Assembly: GCF_964194155.1 (NCBI RefSeq)
Contig: NC_135882.1
Span: 106,640,001 to 106,704,000, forward strand
Direction: 5' to 3'
From: Cetorhinus maximus
Taxonomy: Eukaryota
Length of the DNA: 64,000 bases
Positions 52,131-64,000 of the stretch are shown one piece after another (positions within the stretch are counted from its first letter, which is position 1; each line of letters opens with the position of its first letter). The notes beneath the pieces were generated by a model, which was given only the letters and a program-made list of their open reading frames with translations, ran no database searches and was not told where the DNA came from. The translations under genes and the position numbers were made by a program.

Positions 52131-55100
52131 GTGAGAACAAAAGCGAGGTCAGTAAGGTGGATGAGCAGGCTAGCCATGGCACCATGGTACAGGAAGCTGT
52201 TCAAGCAAGCGGAGCAAACAGGAATGTACTGGTAGTAGGGGACAGTATTGTGAGGGGGATTGACACTGTTCTCTGCAGCAAAGAGCAAGAGTCCAGAAGG
52301 CTGTGTTGCCTGCCCGGTGCTAGGGTTCAGGACATCTGCCCAGGGCCGGATAGGAGCTTGCAGTGGGAGGGGGAGGATCCAGTCATCACAGTTCAGGTAG
52401 GTACCAATGACATAGGCAGGACAAGGAAGATTGTTCTGCATAGTCAGTAGGAGTCAGTGGAGCTTGGTCCAAATTAAGGAGCAGAACCTCAAAGGTAATA
52501 ACCTCTGGATTATTACCTGAGCCACATGCAAGTTGGCATAAGGCAAATAAGATTAGAGAGATGAATGCGTTGCTCAAAGACGGGTGTGGGAGAAGTGGGT
52601 TCCAATTCATGGGGCACTGGCATCAGTGCTGGGGAAAGTGGGGACTGTACTGTTGGAACAATCTACACCTGTACCTCATTGGGATGAGTGTTCTTATGAA
52701 TCGCATAACTAGGGAAGTAGAAAGGGCTTCAAACTAAACAAGGGGTTGGGGGGTGAGGGATTAAGCTCGGGTAGATGTGGCAAATCAAAGGGTAGATTCG
52801 AGGCAGGAGACCACAACAGTAATATGGGAAATGAGAGTCAGAATAACAGGAAGGGACAGAGAGATAAAACCTAATAATACACCAATAGTCAAGACTACAT
52901 GTTACAAAGATAACAAAAAGACAAAACTAAAGGCTCTGTATCCCAACGTGTGTAGCATTCATAACAAAGTAAATGAATCGAAAGCGCACATTGAAGTAAA
53001 TAAATATGATCTGATAGCCATTATGGAGACGTGACTGCAGGATGACAAGGATTGCGTCCTAAATATTGAGGGGTATATTCAAGAAGAATATGAAGCTAGG
53101 TAAAGGTGGAGGGGTAGCACTGTTGACCAAGGATGGCGCTGGTGCAATAGTTACATATGACCTTGGTTCAGGGGATAGAATCGATCTGGGTGGAGGTGAG
53201 GAATAGTAGGGAAAATATGTCACTAGTGGGAGTGGTCTACAGGCCCCCTAACAGTAAGCACAATGTAGAATAAAGAATACAAGAAGAAATATTGGGTGCT
53301 TGTGATAAAGGGATGGCAATAATCATGAGTAATTTTAATCTACATACAAACTGGAAAAAGCAGTAAAAGCCTGGATGAGGAGTTCATGGAATGTTTGAGA
53401 GTTTTTTTTAGAGCAGCATGTTCTGGAACCAACCAGAGCAGGTTATATTAGACTTGGTTTTGTGAATTGTGACAGGATTAATTAATGACCTCAGGGTAAA
53501 GGCACCCCTCGGTAGTAGTGGGCACAATATGATTGAATTTTACATCCAGTTTGAAAGGGAGAAGAGTACGTCTAGGACTAGTATTTTAAACTCAAATAAA
53601 GGCAACTACATGGGCCTGAAAGCTGAGCTAGCTGAAGTGAACTGGGATACTAGGCTAGGTGATAGATCAATAGAGAAGCAGTGAAAGAGATTTAAGGAGA
53701 TAGTTCAGAATACTCAGAATAAATATATTCCTACTATAAAGAAAAATTCTAAGGGGAGGACCCACCATCCGTGGCTAACTAAAGAAGTTAAGGAAAGCAT
53801 CAAACTTAAGGAACAAGCATACAACTGCACAAAGATGAGTGGTGGGTCAGATGTTTGATCAGAATATAAAGAACGCAGAGAATGACAAAAAGGTTAATCA
53901 GGAGAAAGAAATTAACGTATGAGAGGAAGCTAGCTAGAAAGGTAAAACGAATAGCAAGACTTTCCACAGGTATTTAAAAAGGATAAGAGTAAGTAAAGCG
54001 AGTGTTGGTCCTCTAGATCTAGTGTGACAATGGGGAGTTAATAGTAGATAATAAGGAAATGGTGGATGAAATGAACAAATATTTTGTTTGTCTTCACTAT
54101 TGAGGATACAAAAAACATTCCAGTAATAGCTGTAAATCAGGAGGTGGAAGGGAGAGGGGAACTTGGTGAAATTACAATCACTAGGAAAGTGGTACTGAGC
54201 AAACTGATGGAGCCGGGACTGACAAGTCTCCAGTTCCTGACAAACTTCATCCTAGGGTCTTAAAAGAGGTGGCTAATGAGGTAGTAGATGCATTAGTGTT
54301 CATTTTCCAAAATTCACTAGATTCTGGAAAGGTTCCATCAGACTGGAAAGTAGCAAATACAACCCCTCTATTCAAGAAGGGAGGGAGGCAGAAAACAGGA
54401 AATGATAGGCCAGTTAGCTTGATATCTGTCATGGGGAACGTGTTAGAATAGATCATTAAGCAGATTATAGCTGGGCACTTAGAGAAACTCAACATAATTA
54501 GGAAGAATCAGCATGGTTTCGTGAAAGGGAAATTATGTTTAACCAATTTATTGGAACTCTTTGAAGGAGTAATATGTACAGTGGATAAAGGGGAGCCTGT
54601 ATACGTGCTGTACTTGGATTTCCAGAAGGCATTTGATAAGGTGCCACATCAAAGGCTATTGTGGGAAATAAAATAAAATGTAGGGGGTAATGTATTAGCA
54701 TGGATAGAAGATTGGCTGGCTGACAGAAAACAGAGTATGCATAAATGGTTCTTTTTCTGATTGGCAGGATGTGATGAGTGCAGTCCTGCAGGAATCTGTT
54801 CTGGGACATCAAATTTTACAATTTATATCAATGATTTAGATGAGGGGTGTGAAGGCAGGGTAGCTAAATCTGCAGATGACACAAAGATAAGTAGGAAAGT
54901 ATGTTGTGAAGAGGACATGAGGTAGCACACGGATGTAGATAGGTTGAGTGGGTGGACAAAAATCTGGCAGAGTATAATGTGGGAAAACGTGAAGTTGTGA
55001 CATGACAGGAATGGAGTAAGACATAGCCGAAGACAGCTCCAATGATTTCTGTAATTTATCCCTCTAAAAATTACTGACATTGAGTTAAATGGTTCAGCTT

Positions 55101-58100
55101 TTCTGACGCTCAACATACATTCGAAATGTCTCAACAGAGGTAAACACAATCAGAATGAAACCGGGCCTGGTGCTTTATCGACTGTGGTGTCCGTCACTAC
55201 AGTTGGTAACAACATGGCGGTTTCCTGTGTTGAATTTAATTCTGCCAGCACACTTGCTGACTTAGAGCATTATTTTCGCTGAATTTGCTGGACCCTGTTC
55301 GGAACGGAGTTCCTCTGTTGCTACTCTAAAAGCCTCCATCACCTCCTTCAATCAAAGGCTGCAGGATATTGAACAATCAGCTACTGACTCGAGTGACAGA
55401 ACTGCGGCTCTGGAGGCCTGCTGCACCCAGCTGGAAGCCCAAAATACTAAATTGCAGACAAAGGTGGATGACTTGGAGAACTGTAGCCAAAAACAAAATT
55501 TAAGGATTCTCTTGGTGCCCGAGGGTGCGGAACAGGGAAACCATGCAACTTTTACTGAGGCAATTCTTTTGGAGGTTTTCGGCAAGGAGAGTTTCGATTC
55601 ACTGCCGGTAGTGGATCGAGCCAATTGCTCTCCAGCGTTGCGGCCGCAGAATGGCGAACCCCCAAGGCTGTTAATACTAAGACTTCATCGCTATGGAGTG
55701 AAGGAGCAAATTATGCGTCTGTCTAGAGAAAAGGATCAACTATACTTTTGTGGAAGCAAGATATTCACCTGCCCTGACCTCAGCGTGGATCTAGCCCGGC
55801 ATCGTGGAGAATACAAATCTGTTAAAGTCCAACTTTGTGAAACTGGACTTAAATATGGCGTTCTCCACCCTGCTCGCCTGTGTGACTTTCAACTGAATGA
55901 ATAAGATTTTCAACACGCTGCAAGAAGCTTCAGCCTTTTTCAAGGACACAACTATACCTTCTCTTAATAAGTCATATCGTGACTTCATCCAAGACAAAAC
56001 AGTTCTCAATGCTTAATTAGGTAACTATGCATGATGGTTCTGTTACATGATAAGTTTGTTGGTTATACCAATCTCTTTGTATCTAATGTCCAAACTGCAT
56101 TAATCGTGGGAAATTTTACATAAACCCTATGGGTGTTTATTTTTTACCTTTTTCCATATGTGTAACTGAATTCTTTGAGAGTTGAACCTCTCTTTATATT
56201 CTCCCTTTTGTTGAGTACTGTATTACAAAACTGTTACTTCTGGACAGATTCTGTACCTCGTTTAGCATATGCTGAGGTTTACAATACTTTTGTTAGGGAT
56301 ATTTGATTGTATATTGCTTTAGTGTGGGCTGTCTTTTCAAGACACACTAGTAAGATAGGTATGAATAGTGCACTAGCTGTGAGGGGTAGCATTCACCTCA
56401 TTTGGGGAGGTGATGCAAGCTTTTCTTCATTTGTTCTCCCCTCTCTTTCCTTTTCTTGTCTTTTCCAAATATACATACATGCTTTCCTCGTGGTCAGTTT
56501 TTAGCATTCTTCAGGTGGATGAGCTCTGGTTCAAAAATATTTAATCCTTTATTTGTAATGGTTACCATAAGGGGACCATATACTTTATTACGCTTTTATT
56601 ATCATAATATCCACTAATATTAAGGCCTCACAGGGTGGTTGTCTGATCCATTTTATCACCTGGAATGTGAAAGGTCCAAATCGCCCAGTTAAAAAAAGTA
56701 AAGTTCTCTCATTTGAAGGTGGGCATTGCCTTCCTGCAGGAAGCTCAATCACATACATCTGACCATTTCAAATGTGGAAGAATTGGGTTGGGCAGATGTT
56801 TCATCCTAATTTTCATAGTAAAGCAATAGGTGCAGCAATTCTAATCCATAAAGGCATTCCCTTTGTTCAATCACTGGTTATAGCTGACCCTAATGGCCGC
56901 TATGTTATAGTACAAGGCAGGCTTTTTAACTGTCCTCTGATCTTAGCGAATGTGTATGCACCCAACTGCATAATCATTTAATTTCAAACTTATTTTCCAT
57001 ACCTAATTCAGACTAATATCACTTATATCACTTATTTCTTCGAAGAGACAAACTGTGTTCTTAACCCAAATTTAGAATGCTCGTCCACAAAATATGTTCC
57101 AACATCAAAATCAGCCTAAACCATCAGGTCTTTTCTGGATACACACGGATTGGTAGATTCATGGTGTTTTCTATACCCATCAGAAAAACAATACTCCTTT
57201 TTCTCTCCTGTTCACCACACCTACTCTCGTATTGACTATTTTCTTTGACAAGAGCCTGCTCCTGTTTATTCAATCTTGCGTACACAATCGTTTTGTGATC
57301 TCTGATCATGTCCTCTTAGTTTTATCAATACAATTCCATGGCCAACCTGTTCCTTTTCTTGATTCTCTTCTTCTAGCGGACCCTGATTTTTACTATATTC
57401 ATTTCCTTGCAAATAGATACCTTTAAAGAACTTAATACTACTCCAGATATTTCCTTTGTTACTGTCTGGGAGAGTATGAAGGCTTACCTACATAGACAAA
57501 CGATTTCATATACTGTTCAACTTAACAAACACAATACCTCAAAATTGTCCCAATTGATTGACCAAATTCTCTTAGTGGACCAGCAGTATGCTATTGCACC
57601 TATTCCAGTATTGTAGAAACAGCATCTGGCTCTACAGACTGAATTTGATTTTCTTTCTACGAAACACTGTCTTGAACCTGTCCTTCCATCTGTTATCTCT
57701 CCTGACCAGACAGGTTTTATATAGGCCAGGCAATCCCTTCTCTAATTTAAGGTATCTTCTCAATATTATTTATACGTATTCAACTACTCTCCCTGAGATT
57801 CTTATAACTATGGATGCAGAAAAGGCTTTTGATAGAGTGGAATGGGACTACCTCTTCCTCACTCTTCAAAAATTTGGATTTGGACCCATTTTTATAAAAT
57901 GGATAAAACAATTGTATTTCTCACTGGTTACTTCAGTACATGCAAATAATATCCACTCTAAACTCTTTGACCTCCATCGAGGTACCAGGCAGGGCTGTCC
58001 CCTTTCCCCCCTACCTTTTGCTATTCCTATTGAGCCCCTGCAATTTCACTGCAGACCTGTGGAGATGTACAGCATGTTATATGGGGTGGAGTTGAGCAGA

Positions 58101-60825
58101 AACTCTCCCTATATGCTGATGACCTGCTTCTTTACGTCTCTGATCCGGTCTCATCTCTCCCACATATTTTCTCTACTCGAGTGATTTAGTCATACTTCAG
58201 GTTTTAAAATTAATTTACAAAAGAGAGAAATTTTTCCTATTAACTCAATTGCAAAGAGTTACCTTCTTTCTCTCTCCTCTCTCCACCCCCCCCCCCCACC
58301 TCCCCCACCTCTCAAGGTCTCAGTAAACGGTTTTAAATATTTAGGAATTTTAGTTACTTGATCTTTTTAAGCTCAACTTTGACTCTTTGTTGGAAAGTTT
58401 GAGAACTTAGCACATTGGTCTAGCTTACCCCCTTCTTTAATTGTTTGTACAAATTCAGTAAAGATTAATATTTTGCCAAAATTTCTATACTTATTTCAGT
58501 GCATTCTATTGTTTATCCCCAAGCATTTTTTTGTTGCAACAGACCAATTAATTTCTTCCTTTATTTGGAACAAGAAAACACCTAGAATTCATAAAGCTTT
58601 TTCACAAAGACCCAAGCATTTAGGTGTTTCAACTCGGCCAAATTGTCAGTTTTATTATTGGTCTACTAATATCCGTAATATTTCTTCTTGGCTTCATTCA
58701 GACTCAGCTAGTTTAGTGTGGGTACAATTGGAGGCAGCCTTCTGTCATTCCACATCTCTGCCTGCTGTGTTGTGCTCCTCCATTCCTTTCTCAACCAGTC
58801 GCTTTTCTTCAAACCCTATCGTTAGACAGTCACAAGATTTGAACCCAGTTCAGAACACACTTTGGGCTACAATCTCTCTCTTTATGCAGCTCTATTGATG
58901 CAAATCATTTATTTCAGCCTTCATGAGGAGATTCTGCCTTTCAAGTCTGGCACGTGAGAGGTGTCAAAACCCTTGCCAACTTATACATTGATATTTTCGC
59001 CTCTTTTGACTGTCTCTCTCAGAAATATGATCTGCCGCGCACACACTTTCGCTACTTATAAATCGGAGGTTTTCGTGCAAAAAGAAATTGCTGAGTTTCC
59101 TTTATTGCCCCCAGATCACCGATGGATATTATGTTAGAACCAAATCCTTTAGTTAGGGGGTTCATTTCCAAATTGTATTCTCTAATTTTTTTCACTACAC
59201 TGCCCTTCTTTCTATCTTAAAAACTCTTTGGCAGCGAGGTTTTGACTCAGATTTATCAGAAGATAACTGGAAGTCTATTCTCTCTTGTGTACATTCCTCA
59301 TCTGTATGTGCAAGACATGGGTTGCTACAATTTAAAATATTCCATCTATCCAAAGTGAAATTATCTAAGATTTATTCAAATTTTGATCCAACCTATGATA
59401 AATGTCATATTGCCCCAGCTCCTCTAATTCATATGTACTGGCCGTGTCTTAAATTAGCTTTGTTTTGGACAAAATTTTTTTTTTTTTTTTTTACATCACT
59501 CATATTTTTAGTAGCAACATTGAACCTTCTCCTATTACAGCCAAATGGCATCCTTCTTACAAAAATTCAGACTGATGCACTTGCCTTTTCATCATTATTG
59601 GCTAGACGTATTATTCTATTAAATTGTAAACAGTCTGCCCCACCTTCTTTTACTAATTGGATACGTGATCTTATGCAGAATCTTAAACTTGAGAAAATAA
59701 AGTACACTATAAGAGGCTCCACTGATGGATTTTATGTTGCTTGGCGACCTTTCTTAGATTATTTTGAGGAACTAAGCTCTCTACTTTCATATAACTAACC
59801 CTAATTAGACTGTATGTATTATATCATGTGAAGCTATATCTGACCTATTATTGTAGCTGACTTTCTTATTTATTTTTTCGGGGTCTGGGGAAGGTTTTTT
59901 TTTTCTCCTTCCTCCTGCTTCTCTTTCTCCTTCCCTATTCTTTCTCTTCCAAATGTAAGTGTGTTAAATTATTGCTGTACTGTTAGCTTTTTTTTGATTA
60001 TGATTGTTAAAACTTAATAACCAGAAATTTGAAAAAATATGAAGTTATTCACTTTGGCAGGAAGGATAAAAAAAAGCAAAGTATTACTTGAACAGAGAAT
60101 GGCTGCAGAATTCCAAGGTGCAGAGGGATCTAGGTGCTCTTGTGCATGAGTTACAAAAAGTTAGTATGCAGGTACAGTAAGTAATTAAGGCGGCAAATGG
60201 AATGCTATCCTTTATTACGAGAAGAATTGAACATTAGAGTAAGGATGTTATGCATCTCGGATAGTGTGCGCAGCTTTGGTCTCCTTATTTAAGGAAGGTT
60301 GTAAATGCATTGGAGGCGTTTCAGAGGAGGATTACTAGATTTTTATCTGGAATGAGCAGGATGTCTTATGAGGAAAGTTTAGACAAACTGGGCTTGTTTC
60401 CACTGGAGTTTAGAAGAGGGATGAGTTCAGTGAAGTATATAAATAAAATCCTGAATGGTATTGACAAGGTGGACATGGAAAGGATGTTTCCTCTTGTGGG
60501 TGCGTCCAGAACAAGGGCGGGGAGGTGCATTGTTTTAAAATTAGGGCTTGCCCTTTTAGGACAGAGATGAGGAGAAATCTTTTTCTCTCAGAGGATTGTG
60601 TGACTTTGGAACTCTCTGCCTCAGAAGTCGGTGGAGGTGGGGTCATTGAATATTTTTAAGGTGGAAGTAGATTGATTCCCTTGCCTAACAAGTATCTAAG
60701 ATTATCAGGGGTAGATGGGAATTTCAAAATTTGAAACACAAACAGATGAACCATGATCTTATTGAATGGTGGAGCAGGCTCGAGGGGCAGAATGGTCTAC
60801 TTCTGCTCCTATTTCATATGCTCAC
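52130..60825 (+). mobile_element. CR1 LINE (ORF1 SGNH esterase, EN, RT, tail) split by an L1
   Basis: VLVVGDSIVRGID...LPGARVQD...VGTNDIG; RT breaks at 54998 and resumes at 60034. Confidence 0.88.
54999..60033 (+). mobile_element. L1-clade LINE, end-to-end copy with a ~15-bp TSD, decayed
   Basis: ORF1 DDLENCSQKQNLRI...PRLLILRLHRY...PDLS; ORF2 ITWNVKG, DAEKAFDRVEW, RGTRQGCPLSP, YADD; TSD aaaacgtgaagttgt / aaaatatgaagttat. Confidence 0.9.
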
Positions 60826-60829
60826 ATAT

Positions 60830-61255
60830 CCCATGAGGAGTGATTGAGGAGTTTGAGGAGACTGTGTCTATATTCTCTAGAGTTTAGAAGAATGAGAGGC
60901 GTACAAAACTCTTACAGGGCTCAACAGGGTAGATGTAGGAAGGATGTTTCCCCTTGCTGGTGGGTCTAGAACCAGGGGACAGTGTCTCAGAATAAGAGGT
61001 AGGCCGTTTAGGATCGAGAAGGAATTTCTTCATTCAGACCGTGGTGAATCTTTGGAATTCTCTACCCCAGAGGGCTGTAGAAACTTGGTCATTGAGTATG
61101 TTCAAGACAGAGATGGATAGATTCCTGGTTAATAAAGATATCAAGGGATATGGGGATAGTGCGGGGAAATGGCGTTGAGGTAGATCAGACATAATCTAAT
61201 TGAATGGCAGAACAGACTTAAGAGGCTGAATGGCCTACTCCTATTTCTTATGTTC
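60830..61255 (+). mobile_element. CR1 3' fragment
   Basis: tattctctagagtttagaagaatgag...tggcctactcctatttcttatg. Confidence 0.8.
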
Positions 61256-61888
61256 CACTGATTACATCGGCAGTATTAATGTTAAATGTGGACATAAACA
61301 GTATCAAAAATTATAAGAGGATGTGAAGTTTGTAAACAACAAATGCATGCATAAATTAAATTTTAATGCCAAAGATGTATATGTATTAAAAATATACATT
61401 AGCAGATGAATTACATTTAAAAGTAAAATAACCCATTTTTATCAGAGACCAGGATTTATTTCCTATTTCTTGCTATGAGTTTAAATATATATACTTTAAT
61501 GTGTTACATTATAATTAGATCCTGGATTTGAAGGATACACAGGCAGCCCTCACAGTGAGGAGCTTGGCACAGCAGCAGATTGCAGAAGAGGCTGAGCACG
61601 AACTTGGGAAAGCAAATGAGGAGGCAGCAGCTGTTTGGAGACACGAGGAGCAAGTATAGGCTGACTAGGAAGTGGGGATAGAGGAGAAGAGATGGCAGTT
61701 TGTCAGAGAACGGGGAGAAAACGAATTTTGAACCTGGGTCGGGGGAGCTCTTCTGTTGCACGCCTCGAAATTCTGAACCACAACAAGCAATTGTGTTACA
61801 TGCCCCAGGATTAATCTGCATTATAATTTTGCTATTGCTGAAATAATGAGTCAAGTGCTTTTCACTCCTCAGTGCAGTCCCAATAGAC

Positions 61889-61960
61889 CAGGCTTGTCTA
61901 ACCTTTTCACGTGGGTAGGCAATATTTCAAATTTTTCTCACTCAAAGGGCTGATGATCAA
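61889..61960 (+). mobile_element. Possible hAT (Charlie-like) terminus
   Basis: caggcttgtctaaccttttc resembles CAGGGGTGTCCAACCTTTT ends; partner TIR not seen. Confidence 0.35.
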
Positions 61961-62392
61961 ATTTTGGAAATATAAACTTTGGCAGAGCTATAAACATTAG
62001 TTTCAAAATAAAACTGAGCTATGAAAAGAAACAACTTGCTGAGCGAAAAAAAGAGAATATTAGGCTGAGAACATGCGTGTCCGACTTACTCTCAGTCTCA
62101 GAGGTGCTCACTCACTCATCCTCACCCACTGTGAGAGTGGATGATGGTGTGTGGGGGTGGGGGTGAATGAGAACCCTGATACTGAGAGTGAACCAGGCTT
62201 ATGGACACCCTCGCGCTCTCCCTCTCACACACCTCACCCGCGCTCTCGCTCTCACCCTCCCCCACCCCTCACACATTCCCTCTCTCTCACCCTCCCTGAC
62301 TCCCGCCCTCCTCCTCCCCTCCCGCCCGCACCCGCGCCCTCCCCCTCCCCTCCCCTCCCCGAGCACCCTGGCTCTCACTCTCCCCTTCTCTC

Positions 62393-63900
62393 GGCCCCCT
62401 CTCCCCCACCGCCCCCTCCCCGAGCCCCCTCTCCCCCACCCGCCCCCTCCCCGGGCCCCCTCTCCCCCACCCGCCCCCTCCCCGGGCCCCCTCTCCCCCA
62501 CCCGCCCCCTCCCCGGGCCCCCTCTCCCCCACCCGCCCCCTCCCCGGGCCCCCTCTCCCCCACCCGCCCCCTCCCCGGGCCCCCTCTCCCCCACCCGCCC
62601 CCTCCCCGGGCCCCCTCTCCCCCACCCGCCCCCTCCCCGGGCCCCCTCTCCCCCACCCGCCCCCTCCCCGGGCCCCCTCTCCCCCACCCGCCCCCTCCCC
62701 GGGCCCCCTCTCCCCCACCCGCCCCCTCCCCGGGCCCCCTCTCCCCCACCCGCCCCCTCCCCGGGCCCCCTCTCCCCACCCGCCCCCTCCCCGGGCCCCC
62801 TCTCCCCCACCCGCCCCCTCCCCGGGCCCCCTCTCCCCCACCCGCCCCCTCCCCGGGCCCCCTCTCCCCCACCCGCCCCCTCCCCGGGCCCCCTCTCCCC
62901 CACCCGCCCCCTCCCCGGGCCCCCTCTCCCCCACCCGCCCCCTCCCCGGGCCCCCTCTCCCCCACCCGCCCCCTCCCCGGGCCCCCTCTCCCCCACCCGC
63001 CCCCTCCCCGGGCCCCCTCTCCCCCACCCGCCCCCTCCCCGGGCCCCCTCTCCCCCACCCGCCCCCTCCCCGGGCCCCCTCTCCCCCACCCGCCCCCTCC
63101 CCGGGCCCCCTCTCCCCCACCCGCCCCCTCCCCGGGCCCCCCTCTCCCCCACCCGCCCCCTCCCCGGGCCCCCTCTCCCCCACCCGCCCCCTCCCCGGGC
63201 CCCCTCTCCCCCACCCGCCCCCTCCCCGGGCCCCCTCTCCCCCACCCGCCCCCTCCCCGGGCCCCCTCTCCCCCACCCGCCCCCTCCCCGGGCCCCCTCT
63301 CCCCCACCCGCCCCCTCCCCGGGCCCCCTCTCCCCCACCCGCCCCCTCCCCGGGCCCCCTCTCCCCCACCCGCCCCCTCCCCGGGCCCCCTCTCCCCCAC
63401 CCGCCCCCTCCCCGGGCCCCCTCTCCCCCACCCGCCCCCTCCCCGGGCCCCCTCTCCCCCACCCGCCCCCTCCCCGGGCCCCCTCTCCCCCACCCGCCCC
63501 CTCCCCGGGCCCCCTCTCCCCCACCCGCCCCCTCCCCGGGCCCCCTCTCCCCCACCCGCCCCCTCCCCGGGCCCCCTCTCCCCCACCCGCCCCCTCCCCG
63601 GGCCCCCTCTCCCCCACCCGCCCCCTCCCCGGGCCCCCTCTCCCCCACCCGCCCCCTCCCCGGGCCCCCTCTCCCCCACCCGCCCCCTCCCCGAGCCCCC
63701 TCTCCCCCACCCCGAGCCCCCTCTCCCCCACCCGCCCCCTCCCCGAGCCCCCTCTCCCCCACCCGCCCCCTCCCCGAGCCCCCTCTCCCCCACCCGCCCC
63801 GAGCCCCCTCTCCCTCACCCGCCCCCGCCCCGAGCCCCCTCTACCTCACCCGCCCCCTCCCCGAGCCCCCTCTCCCTCACCCGCCCCCTCCCCGAGCCCC
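62393..63900. repeat. 31-bp GC-rich minisatellite (gccccctctcccccacccgccccctccccgg)n
   Basis: About 42 near-perfect units to ~63690 with degenerate edges; the 31-aa periodicity of the spurious ORFs fits the unit length. Confidence 0.95.
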
Positions 63901-64000
63901 CTCTCTCTCACCCTCACCCTCCCCTCACACACACTTTTTCTCACTCTCTCCGTGCCCCCCTCACGCACCCACTCTCTCTCCGTGCCCCCCTCACGCACCC

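Noticed and set aside
62393-63700. CRISPR-like regular repeats
   Set aside because: Head-to-tail units with no unique spacers; eukaryotic context
62199-63818. Three long Gly/Arg-rich ORFs (472-539 aa)
   Set aside because: Artefact of a stop-free 31-bp tandem repeat, open in all three minus frames
48400-64000. Upstream TATDN1 exon (VHSFDG...IGxNGC)
   Set aside because: Not found by eye; probably beyond the window end

Overview
Vertebrate genomic DNA; the repeat content (CR1, L2, Penelope-like and tRNA-SINE families) suggests a cartilaginous fish (inference). Two host genes converge. RNF139/TRC8 (+) has its large last coding exon at 16172-18006, and its first exon was not found, so it is probably upstream. 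TATDN1 (-) has its last three coding exons at 48296-48366, 45703-45829 and 38485-38587. The rest is mostly nested, decayed mobile DNA: CR1 with an esterase ORF1, a second CR1-group LINE ('LINE-A') and its tRNA-SINE, L2, RTE, Penelope-like elements, a TSD-bounded L1, a solo LTR, pogo and hAT relics, and a 31-bp G4-prone minisatellite. The most notable observation is a near-full-length LINE-A copy that lacks ORF1 and starts with the head and body of the tRNA-SINE, so the SINE looks like an internally deleted LINE. Penelope terminal repeats also carry relic minimal hammerhead-ribozyme motifs. All calls come from manual reading; repeat boundaries are approximate unless a TSD is stated.
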